Source: Flavobacteriales bacterium
Lineage (GTDB): Bacteria > Bacteroidota > Bacteroidia > Flavobacteriales_E > Vicingaceae
DNA length: 64,000 bases
Assembly: GCA_020435335.1 (NCBI GenBank)
Contig: JAGQZT010000107.1
Coordinates: forward strand, 4,715-68,714
Direction of reading: 5' to 3'
A program made the position numbers and the translations under genes. Shown piece by piece: positions 33,696 to 45,249 of this stretch. Below the pieces are notes generated by a model. The model ran no database searches and was not told the DNA's origin. It saw only the letters and a list, made by a program, of their open reading frames with translations. Every line of letters starts with the position of its first letter. The first letter of the stretch is position 1.

Positions 33696-35840
33696 TTATC
33701 TCAGGATGTTGAGCGTTCCTTTGTAAGTCGTATTGTCTTTGTTACCCAATTCCAGGATAAAGAAGTAGGTTCCATCGGTGTACTTGTCGCCATCCCAGTT
33801 GTTCTGGTAGCCGTCTTTTTCATAAACCACTTTTCCCCAACGGTTAAATACCACCAATTTATTGTTCGGATAATATTCCAGGTTTTCAAATACGAGGAAG
33901 TCGTTCGATCCGTCGCCATTCGGTGTGATCACATTCGGGATCACGATTTCGCAGGCGATCACTTCCACATCTACCGACCCCATTTCCTGGTAACCGCAAT
34001 GATCGGTTACCGTTAACATCAATGTGGTTGTTACGGGTGTTTCAGTCGGATAATAGAAATCACTTCCGGAGTAAGTGTTCAATCCGTCGTTCCAGGTATA
34101 CCCCATCGGAGGTCTTCCGTTGGATACGTTTACGTCAATAAACAATTGTTCGCCGGTGCAGACCGATTGCAAGGCAGGTATATTTACGGTCATCGGAGTA
34201 TAATCGTTATTAACTTCCACGGTATCGAACATCGTGATGGTATTGCACTGGTCCGTCATGGCAATGATGTAACTGGTTGTTGTTGCCGGGCTCACGGTAA
34301 TCGACTGGGTATTCCCTCCCGGTATCCAGGTGTAGTTGTAGCCGGGACTTCCGCCGCTACCGAAAGCAGTCAAAGTAACCGTGTCTCCCGGACAGATTAA
34401 CGTATCATTGGGTGCGTTCAGGATCAATTCGGGGATATTTAAGGTTAAAATGACGGTATCTGTTATCGTGACGAGGTTGCAACTGTCCGTGATGCTGACG
34501 TAGAAGGTGTCGGTGTGGAGTCCCTGAACCGTAATGGTTTGCGTATTACCGATCGGAGCACCCTGGGAGTTGGTCCATTGGTAGGTAAAAGGCGGAGCGG
34601 CACCCGAAGCCGAGGCGCTGATTTGTAAGGTGGAGTAGGGGCAGTTCAGGGTGGTATCCGGCGCATAGGTTTGCATATCGGGCAGATCCAGGATATAGAT
34701 CACCCCGGTAGAGATGTTGGTGTCGCCACAGGCATTAACGGTATATACTGTAATGATGATGGTGTCGACTCCTTCGGTCAGTCCGTCGGAAATCGGGGTG
34801 ATCACCAGGTTGGTGGTGTCATCGCCCGGGAGGAAAGTAACGCTATCAAAAATCGGATTGTAATCCACGCCGTTAATGGCATTTCCGCCGATGTCAAAAT
34901 GTACGGTATACAGTCCGTTGGTATCCGGGCGGTGGAAATTAAGCACGGCACCGGCACATCCTTCGATGATGGTCGAATCGCCTGTAACAGTGGTTACGTC
35001 CACCTGAACCAGTTCGTCGGAAGTAAATGAAGAGCCTTCCAGAAACACGCCGGTATCGAGCCAGTCATCCTGGCAATCCGCTACGGCGATCTTGAAGTGG
35101 TAGAGTTGTCCGCACTGAACCGGATAGGCAATGCTGATTACGGTGGTAAAGCCGTTGAATTCGTTATTCGTTTCGGTCGAGTTGCTGATGTAATACTGGC
35201 TGTTCAGTCCGGGATGGATGGAACTGATGGTGATCGGCGTTGAGGTTCCCGGAACCGAGGCAATGTTAATGGCACCGTTCGGGAATCCGGCGGGAGAGGC
35301 ATAAGGGCCGGTAATTCCGGGGCCGCTGATCAGAAATGCGAAGATGTCGTTGTAAACCGTATTGATATAAGTGGTGTATTCTTCCGAGGCAAATACAAAG
35401 TTGAACTTGATGCTGTCACCTACCGGTGTAAAATCAAATTCGAGAAAAGCGGCATCGTTGGTGGACGTAATGTTTCCGGCAGCCGGATTCGTAGTAACCG
35501 ATTGAGCGATGGTCAATAGATCGGGGTCACCGGGTCCGGCATATTGTCCCTGGCTGGGTTGGAAACCTCCCGGTGGAAGGTCGATCACGTTTCCCGAAGA
35601 AATCACCAGTCCCGAATCGATACCGATGTTCGGAACACCGTTCTTTCCGGCACTGAAAAAACCGATTTGGGCTGCCTGTCCTGAAAAGGTGATGTTGGAG
35701 GCCGTTACCCCGTTTCCGAGCAGAACATTATTAACCAGATAAGTAGCACTGTTGTAAGGTGCGGTTGTACTAACGGTCATTTGAGCTTGAGCCATGAAGC
35801 TGAAAAGCAGCAACAAGGTGATGGTGGTGATTTTTCTCAT
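33696..35840 (-). CDS. Choice-of-anchor-L domain protein with gliding-motility-associated (T9SS type B) C-terminal domain
   Basis: Signal peptide and N-terminal LVNNVLLGNGVTASNITFSG...QIGFF. The C-terminal VIPNVITPNGDGSNDFLVFENLEYYPNNKLVVFNRWGKVVYE is the CHU_C/type-B CTD signature. Confidence 0.85.
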   Translation of the reverse strand: MRKITTITLLLLFSFMAQAQMTVSTTAPYNSATYLVNNVLLGNGVTASNITFSGQAAQIGFFSAGKNGVPNIGIDSGLVISSGNVIDLPPGGFQPSQGQYAGPGDPDLLTIAQSVTTNPAAGNITSTNDAAFLEFDFTPVGDSIKFNFVFASEEYTTYINTVYNDIFAFLISGPGITGPYASPAGFPNGAINIASVPGTSTPITISSIHPGLNSQYYISNSTETNNEFNGFTTVISIAYPVQCGQLYHFKIAVADCQDDWLDTGVFLEGSSFTSDELVQVDVTTVTGDSTIIEGCAGAVLNFHRPDTNGLYTVHFDIGGNAINGVDYNPIFDSVTFLPGDDTTNLVITPISDGLTEGVDTIIITVYTVNACGDTNISTGVIYILDLPDMQTYAPDTTLNCPYSTLQISASASGAAPPFTYQWTNSQGAPIGNTQTITVQGLHTDTFYVSITDSCNLVTITDTVILTLNIPELILNAPNDTLICPGDTVTLTAFGSGGSPGYNYTWIPGGNTQSITVSPATTTSYIIAMTDQCNTITMFDTVEVNNDYTPMTVNIPALQSVCTGEQLFIDVNVSNGRPPMGYTWNDGLNTYSGSDFYYPTETPVTTTLMLTVTDHCGYQEMGSVDVEVIACEIVIPNVITPNGDGSNDFLVFENLEYYPNNKLVVFNRWGKVVYEKDGYQNNWDGDKYTDGTYFFILELGNKDNTTYKGTLNILR

Positions 35841-35953
35841 GAGTAAACGATTAAGGCCTATAAACCAGACTTCATTTCAATGTGCTAAGTTGCATCGAAC
35901 CAAGTAAAAATCGATCCGAATCCACTTTAAATTTACTCAATAAAATTTAATCA

Positions 35954-37639
<1,686 letters not shown>

Positions 37640-37728
37640 GGTATGATGTGATTAATATAGGAATGCAAAGTTAATCAGTATTGGAACAACTTTCACCTAA
37701 AATTTGGTTTATTAATCAGGACTATTGT

Positions 37729-37736
37729 TAAATTTG
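37729..37736 (+). promoter_or_regulatory. -7 promoter box TAAATTTG
   Basis: TAnnTTTG match ending 8 nt before ATG 37745. Confidence 0.45.
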
Positions 37737-37744
37737 AGCGCCAG

Positions 37745-38602
37745 ATGAAAAACTACCTTTCCCTCATAAAGTTCAGCCACACCATTTTTGCGTTGCCTTT
37801 TGCATTGATCGGGTTTTTTATTGCGTTGAATTCGCTGAACCGGCACATTGATTGGCTGTTGTTTGTTTATGTGATTCTATGCATGGTCTTTGCCCGGAGT
37901 GCGGCCATGGCTTTTAACCGGTATATCGACCGGAAGATCGACAGCAAAAATCCACGGACGGCCGAAGTGCGCGAAATACCGAATGGAACCATCAGCCCGG
38001 CCAATGCCCTGGTGTTTGTGGTCGTAAACTGCCTGTTATTTATCGGCGTAACTTATTTCATCAATCCCCTGTGTTTTTATTTGTCGCCCGTTGCCCTGTT
38101 TGTCGTGCTGGGCTACAGCTTAACCAAACGCTTTACCGCTCTTTGTCATTTGGTGCTGGGGTTGGGGCTTTCTCTGGCTCCGATCGGAGCCTATCTGGCG
38201 GTTACCGGTGTGTTTGACTGGCTGCCGTTATTCTTTTCATTTGCCGTATTGTTTTGGGTGAGCGGTTTCGACATTATCTATGCCTTGCAGGATGAGGAAT
38301 TTGATAAGGCGGAACAGCTGCATTCCATTCCGGTGCTGCTGGGAAAAAGCAGGGCCCTCATGCTCTCTAATTTTTTGCACCTGATCACGGCCGGGTTCAT
38401 TTTATTGGCGGGCTACTATGGAGAAATGGGCATGTATTACTGGATTGGTTCGGCATTATTTATTGGGTTGCTGATCTACCAGCATACGCTGGTTAAGGCG
38501 GATAACCTCTCCAAAGTGAACCTCGCTTTTTTCACAACGAACGGTGTGGCAAGCGTTTTGTTTGCCTGTTTTGTGTTGTTAGACTTGTTTTTAGCATCAT
38601 AA
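37745..38602 (+). CDS. UbiA-family aromatic polyprenyltransferase (candidate menaquinone prenyltransferase of the futalosine route)
   Basis: Motif NRYIDRKIDSKNPRT (NxxxDxxxD) and a second Asp-rich box YALQDEEFD, with 8-9 TM helices. Confidence 0.75.
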   Translation: MKNYLSLIKFSHTIFALPFALIGFFIALNSLNRHIDWLLFVYVILCMVFARSAAMAFNRYIDRKIDSKNPRTAEVREIPNGTISPANALVFVVVNCLLFIGVTYFINPLCFYLSPVALFVVLGYSLTKRFTALCHLVLGLGLSLAPIGAYLAVTGVFDWLPLFFSFAVLFWVSGFDIIYALQDEEFDKAEQLHSIPVLLGKSRALMLSNFLHLITAGFILLAGYYGEMGMYYWIGSALFIGLLIYQHTLVKADNLSKVNLAFFTTNGVASVLFACFVLLDLFLAS

Positions 38603-38603
38603 A

Positions 38604-39269
38604 ATGAAAAAAGCCCTGCACAAAATAAAACGAATTCTGCTGAACAAGTGGACCATCATCCTCAGTTCGGTGCTGATCTTATTTGTTGTACTTTCCAATG
38701 TCCTGATTATTCAAACTACCAGCGATAAGATCTACGAGGAGGTGGACCAAACTCCCGAAAAGAAGATAGCCCTGATATTGGGAACGAGCCGGTATACCAC
38801 CTGGGGAGGGACCAACCTGTATTTCAAATACCGGATTCGGGCAGCAGTCGATCTCTATAAGAATGGGAAGGTAAAGCATATCCTGGTGAGTGGCGATAAC
38901 AGTGTGTCGAATTACAATGAGCCCCGCGAAATGCGGAGGGCACTAATTGCTGCAGGCATTCCCGAGCATGCTGTTACCTTGGATTATGCAGGGTTCCGTA
39001 CACTTGATTCCGTAGTCCGGTGTAAAGAAGTTTTCGGTCAGGAAGATGTGATCATTATTTCCCAGCGGTTTCATCTCGAGCGGGCACTCTTCATTGCAGC
39101 AGATTACGATATGGATGCCATCGGTTTTGCTGCTCAGGATCCTCCCGAAAACTATTCGTTCAAGACCCAGTTCCGTGAATATTTTGCTAAAACCAAGGCG
39201 GTAATCGACCTCTATGTGATCCACAAAGAACCTAAATTCTTAGGTAAAAAAGAAGTCATTCATTTTTAG
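38604..39269 (+). CDS. sanA: SanA/YdcF (DUF218) family protein
   Basis: N-terminal TM helix plus ILVSGDN...YNEP..M...L...GIP....LDYAGFRTLDS, the SanA signature. Confidence 0.75.
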   Translation: MKKALHKIKRILLNKWTIILSSVLILFVVLSNVLIIQTTSDKIYEEVDQTPEKKIALILGTSRYTTWGGTNLYFKYRIRAAVDLYKNGKVKHILVSGDNSVSNYNEPREMRRALIAAGIPEHAVTLDYAGFRTLDSVVRCKEVFGQEDVIIISQRFHLERALFIAADYDMDAIGFAAQDPPENYSFKTQFREYFAKTKAVIDLYVIHKEPKFLGKKEVIHF

Positions 39270-39323
39270 GGTGTAAAAATAATTACCTGATAATCAGTAT
39301 GATATGTATATTTTAACTACTAT

Positions 39324-39334
39324 GTATTGCATAC
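39324..39334. promoter_or_regulatory. Candidate PadR operator GTATTGCATAC (GTAT-N3-ATAC), site 1
   Basis: Lies 17 nt upstream of the padR -7 box. An identical 11-mer recurs at 41440-41450. Confidence 0.35.
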
Positions 39335-39350
39335 TACTAAATAAAACATA

Positions 39351-39358
39351 TATCTTTG
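39351..39358 (+). promoter_or_regulatory. -7 promoter box TATCTTTG
   Basis: TAnnTTTG match 19 nt upstream of the padR ATG. Confidence 0.5.
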
Positions 39359-39376
39359 TAATGTAAACTAGGGTAC

Positions 39377-39700
39377 ATGAAAATTGAGAACACAAAAGCA
39401 CAAATGCGGAAAGGGGTATTGGAGTATTGTATTCTCTCCATTCTGAAAAACGGAGAAGCCTATCCGTCGGAGATCATTGATAAGCTCAAGGAAGGGAAGC
39501 TCATTGTGGTGGAAGGAACACTGTATCCCTTGTTAACCCGGTTAAAGAATGAGGGGATACTCAGCTACCGCTGGGAGGAGTCGAAATCCGGTCCGCCGAG
39601 GAAATACTATCAGTTGACCGAAAAAGGGAACGGGTTTCTCAAAGAGCTTGAAGTAACCTGGGATGAACTGGTAAATGCCGTACGGTTAACGAGTAAGTAG
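39377..39700 (+). CDS. PadR family transcriptional regulator
   Basis: Winged-helix region YCILSIL..GEAYPSEI....L......VEGTLYPLLTRLKNEGIL...WEES..GPPRKYYQLTEKG. Confidence 0.9.
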   Translation: MKIENTKAQMRKGVLEYCILSILKNGEAYPSEIIDKLKEGKLIVVEGTLYPLLTRLKNEGILSYRWEESKSGPPRKYYQLTEKGNGFLKELEVTWDELVNAVRLTSK

Positions 39701-39767
39701 ATATTAGAGGTTGGATAGTAGAAGTTAGACGTTAGACAATAGTCAATAATAAATAGACAATATAAAG
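39698..39767 (+). repeat. Ten in-phase heptamers starting T(A/G)N, seven of them TAG
   Basis: Reads tagatat tagaggt tggatag tagaagt tagacgt tagacaa tagtcaa taataaa tagacaa tataaag. The first TAG is the padR stop codon, and the ATG at 39769 follows after 1 nt. Confidence 0.85.
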
Positions 39768-39768
39768 G

Positions 39769-41394
39769 ATGAACCAAACAGTTACCATTAACATTAGCGG
39801 AATCGTTTTTCACATTGAAGTGGATGCTTACGAAGAGCTGAAGAGTTACCTGAACAAGATCAAAAGTTATTTTAACGATTCTCAGGAGCGGGAAGAGATC
39901 ATGGCCGATATCGAATCCAGGATCGCGGAGTTGTTCAGTGAAAAAATAACTCAGATGAATCAGGTTGTTTTAATGAGAGATGTCCAGGAAGTGATCGAAA
40001 TCATGGGGAAACCGGAACAGTACGTCACCGAAGAGGATGAACAGGAAGAAACTGCAGAGAAAACACAGTCCAACCGGTCCGGCGGCGAAAAGAAATTCTT
40101 CCGGAATCCGGATGAGCGGGTTTTGGGTGGCGTGTGCTCGGGGATTGCGGCCTACTTTGGCTTCGATACCATCTGGATGCGCTTGTTCTTTGTGATGACC
40201 ACACTTTTTATGGGATTCGGCCCGGCTATTTACATCATTCTCTGGATTGTTATTCCTGAAGCCAAAACCGCTTCTGATAAATTACAGATGAAAGGAGAGC
40301 CCATCAACATCGATAACATCGGCAAGAAGGTGGAAGAGGAGGCCGATAAGGTGAATGAGAAACTCAAAAACATCAATACCAGTAAAGTCGGTCATGCTTT
40401 GGAACAGTTTTTTGCCGGGTTAGGCAATGTCTTGAAAACGATTTTCCTCGCTTTTGGTAAGGTGCTGGGTGTGGCGCTGCTGATGCTCGGATTGCTGCTG
40501 GCAGTTTGGTTTCTGGTTGGGTTGTTCGACGATAGCATCATTTTGACCTATACATCTTCAGGGGTTTCTGCTCTGGAGTCGGGGGCTTTTTTTGAGCTGG
40601 TATTCAGTTCGGAAGATCAGTTTACGATCTTTCTGGCCGGACTCATCATTGTTCTGGCTATTCCCATCATCGGCCTGATCCTGGGAGGGCTTAAAATGCT
40701 GTTCGGTTTCAGTACCAACAATGGACTGGGAATTTCCCTGACTATTCTGTGGTTTATCGGCCTTTTTACCTTAGCCACACTGGCCATCATCGTAGCCACC
40801 GAGCACAAGGCGAATGAAAAAATATCGGCCGTGAAGTTGTTACCTTCAGCATATCATGCTTATGCCTTAAAAGCGAATGAAGATAATGTTCCGGGGGAGT
40901 TGATGCTGGAGGCGGACGAGTTCATGATCGCCGTGAAGGATGATCGGTTTTATTGCAATGAGCTGGAATTGACTGTTGAAAAAAGCGAAACGGACAGCTT
41001 TGAACTGGTTGTTGTTACCAAAGCCAAGGGGAAAACTTCCAAAGATGCCATGGGTCGTGCCCGGGCGGTAGATTATCATATGCAGGTTCAGGATAGCAAC
41101 CTGGTGTTCGACCGGTTCTGGTCCACACTGAAAGAGCATAAGATTCGGGGGCAACAAGTCAAACTCGTATTGAAATTACCGGTAGGAAAAACCATTTATC
41201 TGGATGATTCGCTGGATGGGTTGATCTATAACATCGAGAATGTAACCGATACCTGGGATCACTACATGCTGGGAAAAAAATGGATCATGCTGGATGAAGG
41301 ATTAACATGCCTCGATTGTGAAGACATCGAAGGAGTGAGCTCTTCCGAATTGGATTCCGTTCTGACCAAAGAACTAAGTATAAGTGGAAATTAG
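39769..41394 (+). CDS. PspC-domain membrane protein
   Basis: PspC domain RNPDERVLGGVCSGIAAYFGFDTIWMRLFFV...ILWIVIPEA, several TM helices, and a C-terminal extracytoplasmic domain. The pairing with padR is typical. Confidence 0.85.
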   Translation: MNQTVTINISGIVFHIEVDAYEELKSYLNKIKSYFNDSQEREEIMADIESRIAELFSEKITQMNQVVLMRDVQEVIEIMGKPEQYVTEEDEQEETAEKTQSNRSGGEKKFFRNPDERVLGGVCSGIAAYFGFDTIWMRLFFVMTTLFMGFGPAIYIILWIVIPEAKTASDKLQMKGEPINIDNIGKKVEEEADKVNEKLKNINTSKVGHALEQFFAGLGNVLKTIFLAFGKVLGVALLMLGLLLAVWFLVGLFDDSIILTYTSSGVSALESGAFFELVFSSEDQFTIFLAGLIIVLAIPIIGLILGGLKMLFGFSTNNGLGISLTILWFIGLFTLATLAIIVATEHKANEKISAVKLLPSAYHAYALKANEDNVPGELMLEADEFMIAVKDDRFYCNELELTVEKSETDSFELVVVTKAKGKTSKDAMGRARAVDYHMQVQDSNLVFDRFWSTLKEHKIRGQQVKLVLKLPVGKTIYLDDSLDGLIYNIENVTDTWDHYMLGKKWIMLDEGLTCLDCEDIEGVSSSELDSVLTKELSISGN

Positions 41395-41439
41395 GGTTGC
41401 CAACCATCATTTTATCTTGCCGATAATGTAAAAGAAGAA

Positions 41440-41450
41440 GTATTGCATAC
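41440..41450. promoter_or_regulatory. Candidate PadR operator GTATTGCATAC, site 2
   Basis: Exact repeat of the 11-mer at 39324-39334. Lies between the PspC-domain gene and the flippase gene. Confidence 0.3.
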
Positions 41451-41517
41451 AATAGTTGTATATTTTTAAAGTTAGTTAGTTATCCCACCTCAATGACCTT
41501 CCTGTTTAGTTAGTGCA

Positions 41518-41545
41518 AAGCCTCCCGTTCTGGGAGGCTTTATTA
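41518..41545 (+). terminator. Terminator-like hairpin after the PspC-domain gene
   Basis: Stem aagcctccc / gggaggctt followed by tatt. The T-run is weak. Confidence 0.55.
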
Positions 41546-41601
41546 GTTAAAAATGGTTAATTAATAACATTTCGGTCTCGTTAAACACAACAAATTAACG
41601 C

Positions 41602-41609
41602 TATATTTG
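41602..41609 (+). promoter_or_regulatory. -7 promoter box TATATTTG
   Basis: TAnnTTTG match 16 nt upstream of ATG 41625. The TTG start at 41607 from the ORF track lies inside this box. Confidence 0.5.
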
Positions 41610-41624
41610 TTCATTCAGTGGTTT

Positions 41625-43115
41625 ATGGGAATAGTAGTTCGACAAAGTATTTACAATTCCATTGCTTCCTACCTGGGAGTGATCGTGGGAGCGATAAACA
41701 CGATCGTATTGTTTCCGAATATTTTTTCGGCCGATGAGTTCGGATTGACCCGGGTGATCACGGCAGCAGCGACCCTTTTCTCTTCGCTGGGGTTATTGGC
41801 TACCCAGAATACCACCATTAAATTCTTTCCATTCTTTAAAAATAAAGAGGAGCAACACAATGGGTTCCTGTTCTTCATCCTGAGTGTACCGTTGATCGGT
41901 TACTTGTTGTTTCTGGTACTTGCCTACGGTTTTGAAACCCAGCTGACCGATTATTATTCCAAAAGCTCCAATTTATTCGGACAATATTTCGATTACATTC
42001 CGCTGGTCGTGCTGTACATGATCTATTTTGCCGTGTTTGATGCTTACCTGACCGCCGTACTGAAGTCGGTGATCCAGAGCTTTCTGAAGAATGTGATCCA
42101 ACGGGTGATGTGGGCCGGATTGATCCTGCTCTACTATTACAAGGTGCTGACTTTCGATGAGTTCATTTTCTATTATTTCAACTCCTATGCATTCATCCTG
42201 CTTGTTTTGGTCGTGTATACAGCCTACCTGAAACAGCTTTTTATCTGGCCCAGGTTCAACATGTTCAGCAAGGCAAGGGTTAAAGAGATCTTTATTTATT
42301 CGTTTTTCATCCTGCTGGGGTCGAGTTCGGCCATGCTGGCAGGCACCATTGATTCCTTAATGATCGGTGCATTGGTGGATCAGGGGTTGGCTCAGGTCGC
42401 ATTTTACTCGGTAGCACTGTACATGGGTGTGGTGATTCACATTCCATACCAGTCCGTAATCCGCATAGCGAATCCCATTTTGGCCGATGCGTTTAAGCAT
42501 GAAGATCATCATAAGGTCGAGCGAATTTACAAGCAATCATCCATGAACCTTTTAATTATCGGGTGCTTGTTGTTTCTGGGAATCTGGCTGAATGCCGACA
42601 ACATTTTTCAAATGCTTCCCGACGAATATAGTCAGGCTAAATACGTGTTGCTTTACGTTTGTTTAACCAAATTGTATGATGCCTGTACGGGTGTGAACGG
42701 CGGGATTATCCAATATTCAGGATTATTCCGTCTCATGTTGTATTTTAATGTGTTTCTAATCGTGCTTATTATCGCCACGAACTACTGGCTGATTCCGATC
42801 ATGGGCATTGAAGGGGCTGCTTTAGCCACGTTGATTTCCATATTCACGACCAACACCTTGCGGATGATCATCATCAAGATTAAGATGAACATGAGTCCTT
42901 TCGAATGGAGGTCACTCCTGGTGGTTTTGATTGGAGGATTAACTTATGGTGTGGTCTATTTCATTCCGCCGATCGGATCCTTTATCATCGACGCCATATT
43001 GCGTTCCCTGATTATCGGTGGGTTATTCATCATCCCCGTATACCTGTTGAACTTTTCCAGCGAATTCAATGGGGTAATTGATAAGAGCTTAAAAGTGCTT
43101 AAGCTGAAAAAATAA
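41625..43115 (+). CDS. Polysaccharide/oligosaccharide flippase (MOP/Wzx superfamily)
   Basis: About 496 aa with roughly 12-14 TM helices and the typical N-terminal region of polysaccharide biosynthesis proteins. Confidence 0.7.
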   Translation: MGIVVRQSIYNSIASYLGVIVGAINTIVLFPNIFSADEFGLTRVITAAATLFSSLGLLATQNTTIKFFPFFKNKEEQHNGFLFFILSVPLIGYLLFLVLAYGFETQLTDYYSKSSNLFGQYFDYIPLVVLYMIYFAVFDAYLTAVLKSVIQSFLKNVIQRVMWAGLILLYYYKVLTFDEFIFYYFNSYAFILLVLVVYTAYLKQLFIWPRFNMFSKARVKEIFIYSFFILLGSSSAMLAGTIDSLMIGALVDQGLAQVAFYSVALYMGVVIHIPYQSVIRIANPILADAFKHEDHHKVERIYKQSSMNLLIIGCLLFLGIWLNADNIFQMLPDEYSQAKYVLLYVCLTKLYDACTGVNGGIIQYSGLFRLMLYFNVFLIVLIIATNYWLIPIMGIEGAALATLISIFTTNTLRMIIIKIKMNMSPFEWRSLLVVLIGGLTYGVVYFIPPIGSFIIDAILRSLIIGGLFIIPVYLLNFSSEFNGVIDKSLKVLKLKK

Positions 43116-43130
43116 GCGTACATTTGCCTT

Positions 43131-43337
43131 ATGAAACTCGTATTGTTAGTCATCGGATTATTAGCCATCGGAATCTTCGGCATGGCGGTAAAGATCATCT
43201 TCAAGAAAAACGGCCGTTTCGATAAAACGTGTGCCAGTGCCAGTAGTGTGTTGAATGCTGATGGAGAGCCTTGTGGCTTTTGTGGTGCCATGCCCGACGA
43301 AAAATGCAAGGCGGATGATGCCGAGCAGGCAGCTTAA
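43131..43337 (+). CDS. 68-aa membrane-anchored Cys-rich protein
   Basis: N-terminal TM helix and a C-terminal C-x14-C-x2-C-x8-C motif. Begins 15 nt after the flippase gene. Confidence 0.45.
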   Translation: MKLVLLVIGLLAIGIFGMAVKIIFKKNGRFDKTCASASSVLNADGEPCGFCGAMPDEKCKADDAEQAA

Positions 43338-44008
43338 TCCAGTAAATCAGGCCGGCGCTTTTGGGTGCGTTCCAGGGCCTTTTCCTCTCGCCATTTCTCG
43401 ATAGCCGTATGATTTCCTGATAACAGGATGTCAGGAACCTTATGTCCTTTGTAATCTTCCGGACGGGTATAAACGGGTGGAGCGAGCAGGTTGTCCTGAA
43501 AACTGTCGGTCAATGCCGAAGTTTCATCACTGATCACACCCGGAATTAAGCGGATGACCGCATCACACAATATTGCAGCGGGTAATTCTCCTCCGGTTAA
43601 TACAAAATCACCGATCGAAATTTCTTTGGTAATGAACAATTCCCGTACACGCTCATCCACCCCTTTGTAGTGGCCTGCCAGAATAATCAGGTTCTGTTTA
43701 AGGGAAAGCCGGTTTACCATTCCCTGTTTCATGGTTTCACCGTCGGGCGTCATGTAGATGACCTCATCGTATTCTCTTTCTGATTTCAATTGTTCGATGC
43801 AGGCGGCAATGGGTTCGATCTGCATCACCATGCCCGCACCGCCTCCGAAAGCATAATCATCGATGCTCTTCTGCTTGTTCGTTGCAAAATCACGCAAGTG
43901 GTGCACGCGTATTTCCACCAGGCCTTTTTCCTGGGCGCGCTTTAAGATGGACGCCTGAAAGGGACTTTCCAGCAATTCGGGTAATACGGTGATGATGTCG
44001 ATGCGCAT
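43334..44008 (-). CDS. trmD: tRNA (guanine37-N1)-methyltransferase
   Basis: Starts [11 protein letters not shown]..., contains GGGAGMVM and the SPOUT knot region [14 protein letters not shown]. Confidence 0.95.
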   Translation of the reverse strand: MRIDIITVLPELLESPFQASILKRAQEKGLVEIRVHHLRDFATNKQKSIDDYAFGGGAGMVMQIEPIAACIEQLKSEREYDEVIYMTPDGETMKQGMVNRLSLKQNLIILAGHYKGVDERVRELFITKEISIGDFVLTGGELPAAILCDAVIRLIPGVISDETSALTDSFQDNLLAPPVYTRPEDYKGHKVPDILLSGNHTAIEKWREEKALERTQKRRPDLLD

Positions 44009-44010
44009 TT

Positions 44011-44098
44011 CTGAGTTGATAGTTAGAAGGTGTAAAGTTCGTAAAGTTTTGGGAAATGGCCTTTACAAAAACTTTCTACTTTCTACATTCCACTTTCT
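44011..44098. repeat. Heptamer/nonamer-periodic tracts in the trmD-bioB divergent region
   Basis: First tract reads ctgagtt gatagtt agaaggt gtaaagt. At 44071-44098 the sequence is actttct actttct acattcc actttct. Confidence 0.65.
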
Positions 44099-44111
44099 AA
44101 CTAGTTATCCC

Positions 44112-44119
44112 TAAATTTG
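44112..44119 (+). promoter_or_regulatory. -7 promoter box TAAATTTG
   Basis: TAnnTTTG match 18 nt upstream of ATG 44137. It argues against the TTG start at 44128. Confidence 0.5.
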
Positions 44120-44136
44120 TTTCTAAATTGAAGCAC

Positions 44137-45249
44137 ATGACAGCAATCAGAAGCAACTGGACCAAAGAAGAGATCAAAGCCGTATACGACCAACCTTTTA
44201 TGGAGTTATTGTATCAGGCTGCAACCGTACACCGGCAGTTTCATAATCCGAACGAAGTGCAGGTAAGCTCCCTGATCTCCATTAAAACCGGAGGTTGTGC
44301 CGAAGATTGTGCTTATTGCCCGCAAGCCGCCCGTTACCACACCAACATTGAGAAAAACGACCTCATGACTGTTGAACAGGTGAAACAAATGGCCGTCAAT
44401 GCCAAAGAAGGCGGCGCTTCGAGGGTGTGTCTGGGTGCAGCCTGGAGGAATGTGACCAACAACGAAGAGTTCGATAACGTACTCGAAATGGTGAAGGAAG
44501 TGAACGGCATGAATATGGAAGTGTGTTGTACGCTGGGAATGTTAACTCAGGATCAGGCCCGACGGTTGAAGGAAGCCGGTTTGTATGCCTACAACCATAA
44601 CCTCGATTCATCGGAAGATTTTTACAAGGAAATTATTTCCACAAGAGGATACGACGACCGGCTGAGAACCATCGAACATGCCCAAAACGAAGGGCTTCAT
44701 GTTTGTTCCGGAGGGATCATCGGAATGGGTGAAAGCGATGATGACCGCATCGGTATGTTGTATACGTTGTCCAACCTGAATCCGCATCCGGGATCAGTAC
44801 CGATCAACGGGTTGGTGCCTGTGCCGGGAACCCCGCTGGAAGAACAGGAGCCTGTTTCCATTTTTGAAATGGTACGCATGATCGCTACGGCCCGGATCGT
44901 GATGCCGAAAGCCCAGGTACGTTTATCTGCGGGAAGAACACACATGACCCGCGAAGGACAGGCGTTATGCTTCTTTGCCGGTGCCAATTCCATCTTTGCC
45001 GGCGATAAGTTGCTGACTACCCCGAATCCGGAATACAATGAAGATATGGATCTGTTCAACTTATTGAACATCACGCCGAAAGAGGCCTTTGTAGATGGCG
45101 AAAAGCCTCAGACCAAAGAGAGCTACAAAGAGGTGCGTGATACCGATAAACCGGAATGGAGCCGGCCAGGACATGTGATCGAGAAAAACGTGGCCGCTAC
45201 CGAGAAAGGGAAAGCAGCCCGAAAAGCACTGAAGGAAGAAGCAAAATAG
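44137..45249 (+). CDS. bioB: Biotin synthase
   Basis: Radical-SAM CAEDCAYC (CxxxCxxC) motif and BioB core, with a ~50-aa Lys/Glu-rich C-terminal tail. Confidence 0.95.
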   Translation: MTAIRSNWTKEEIKAVYDQPFMELLYQAATVHRQFHNPNEVQVSSLISIKTGGCAEDCAYCPQAARYHTNIEKNDLMTVEQVKQMAVNAKEGGASRVCLGAAWRNVTNNEEFDNVLEMVKEVNGMNMEVCCTLGMLTQDQARRLKEAGLYAYNHNLDSSEDFYKEIISTRGYDDRLRTIEHAQNEGLHVCSGGIIGMGESDDDRIGMLYTLSNLNPHPGSVPINGLVPVPGTPLEEQEPVSIFEMVRMIATARIVMPKAQVRLSAGRTHMTREGQALCFFAGANSIFAGDKLLTTPNPEYNEDMDLFNLLNITPKEAFVDGEKPQTKESYKEVRDTDKPEWSRPGHVIEKNVAATEKGKAARKALKEEAK

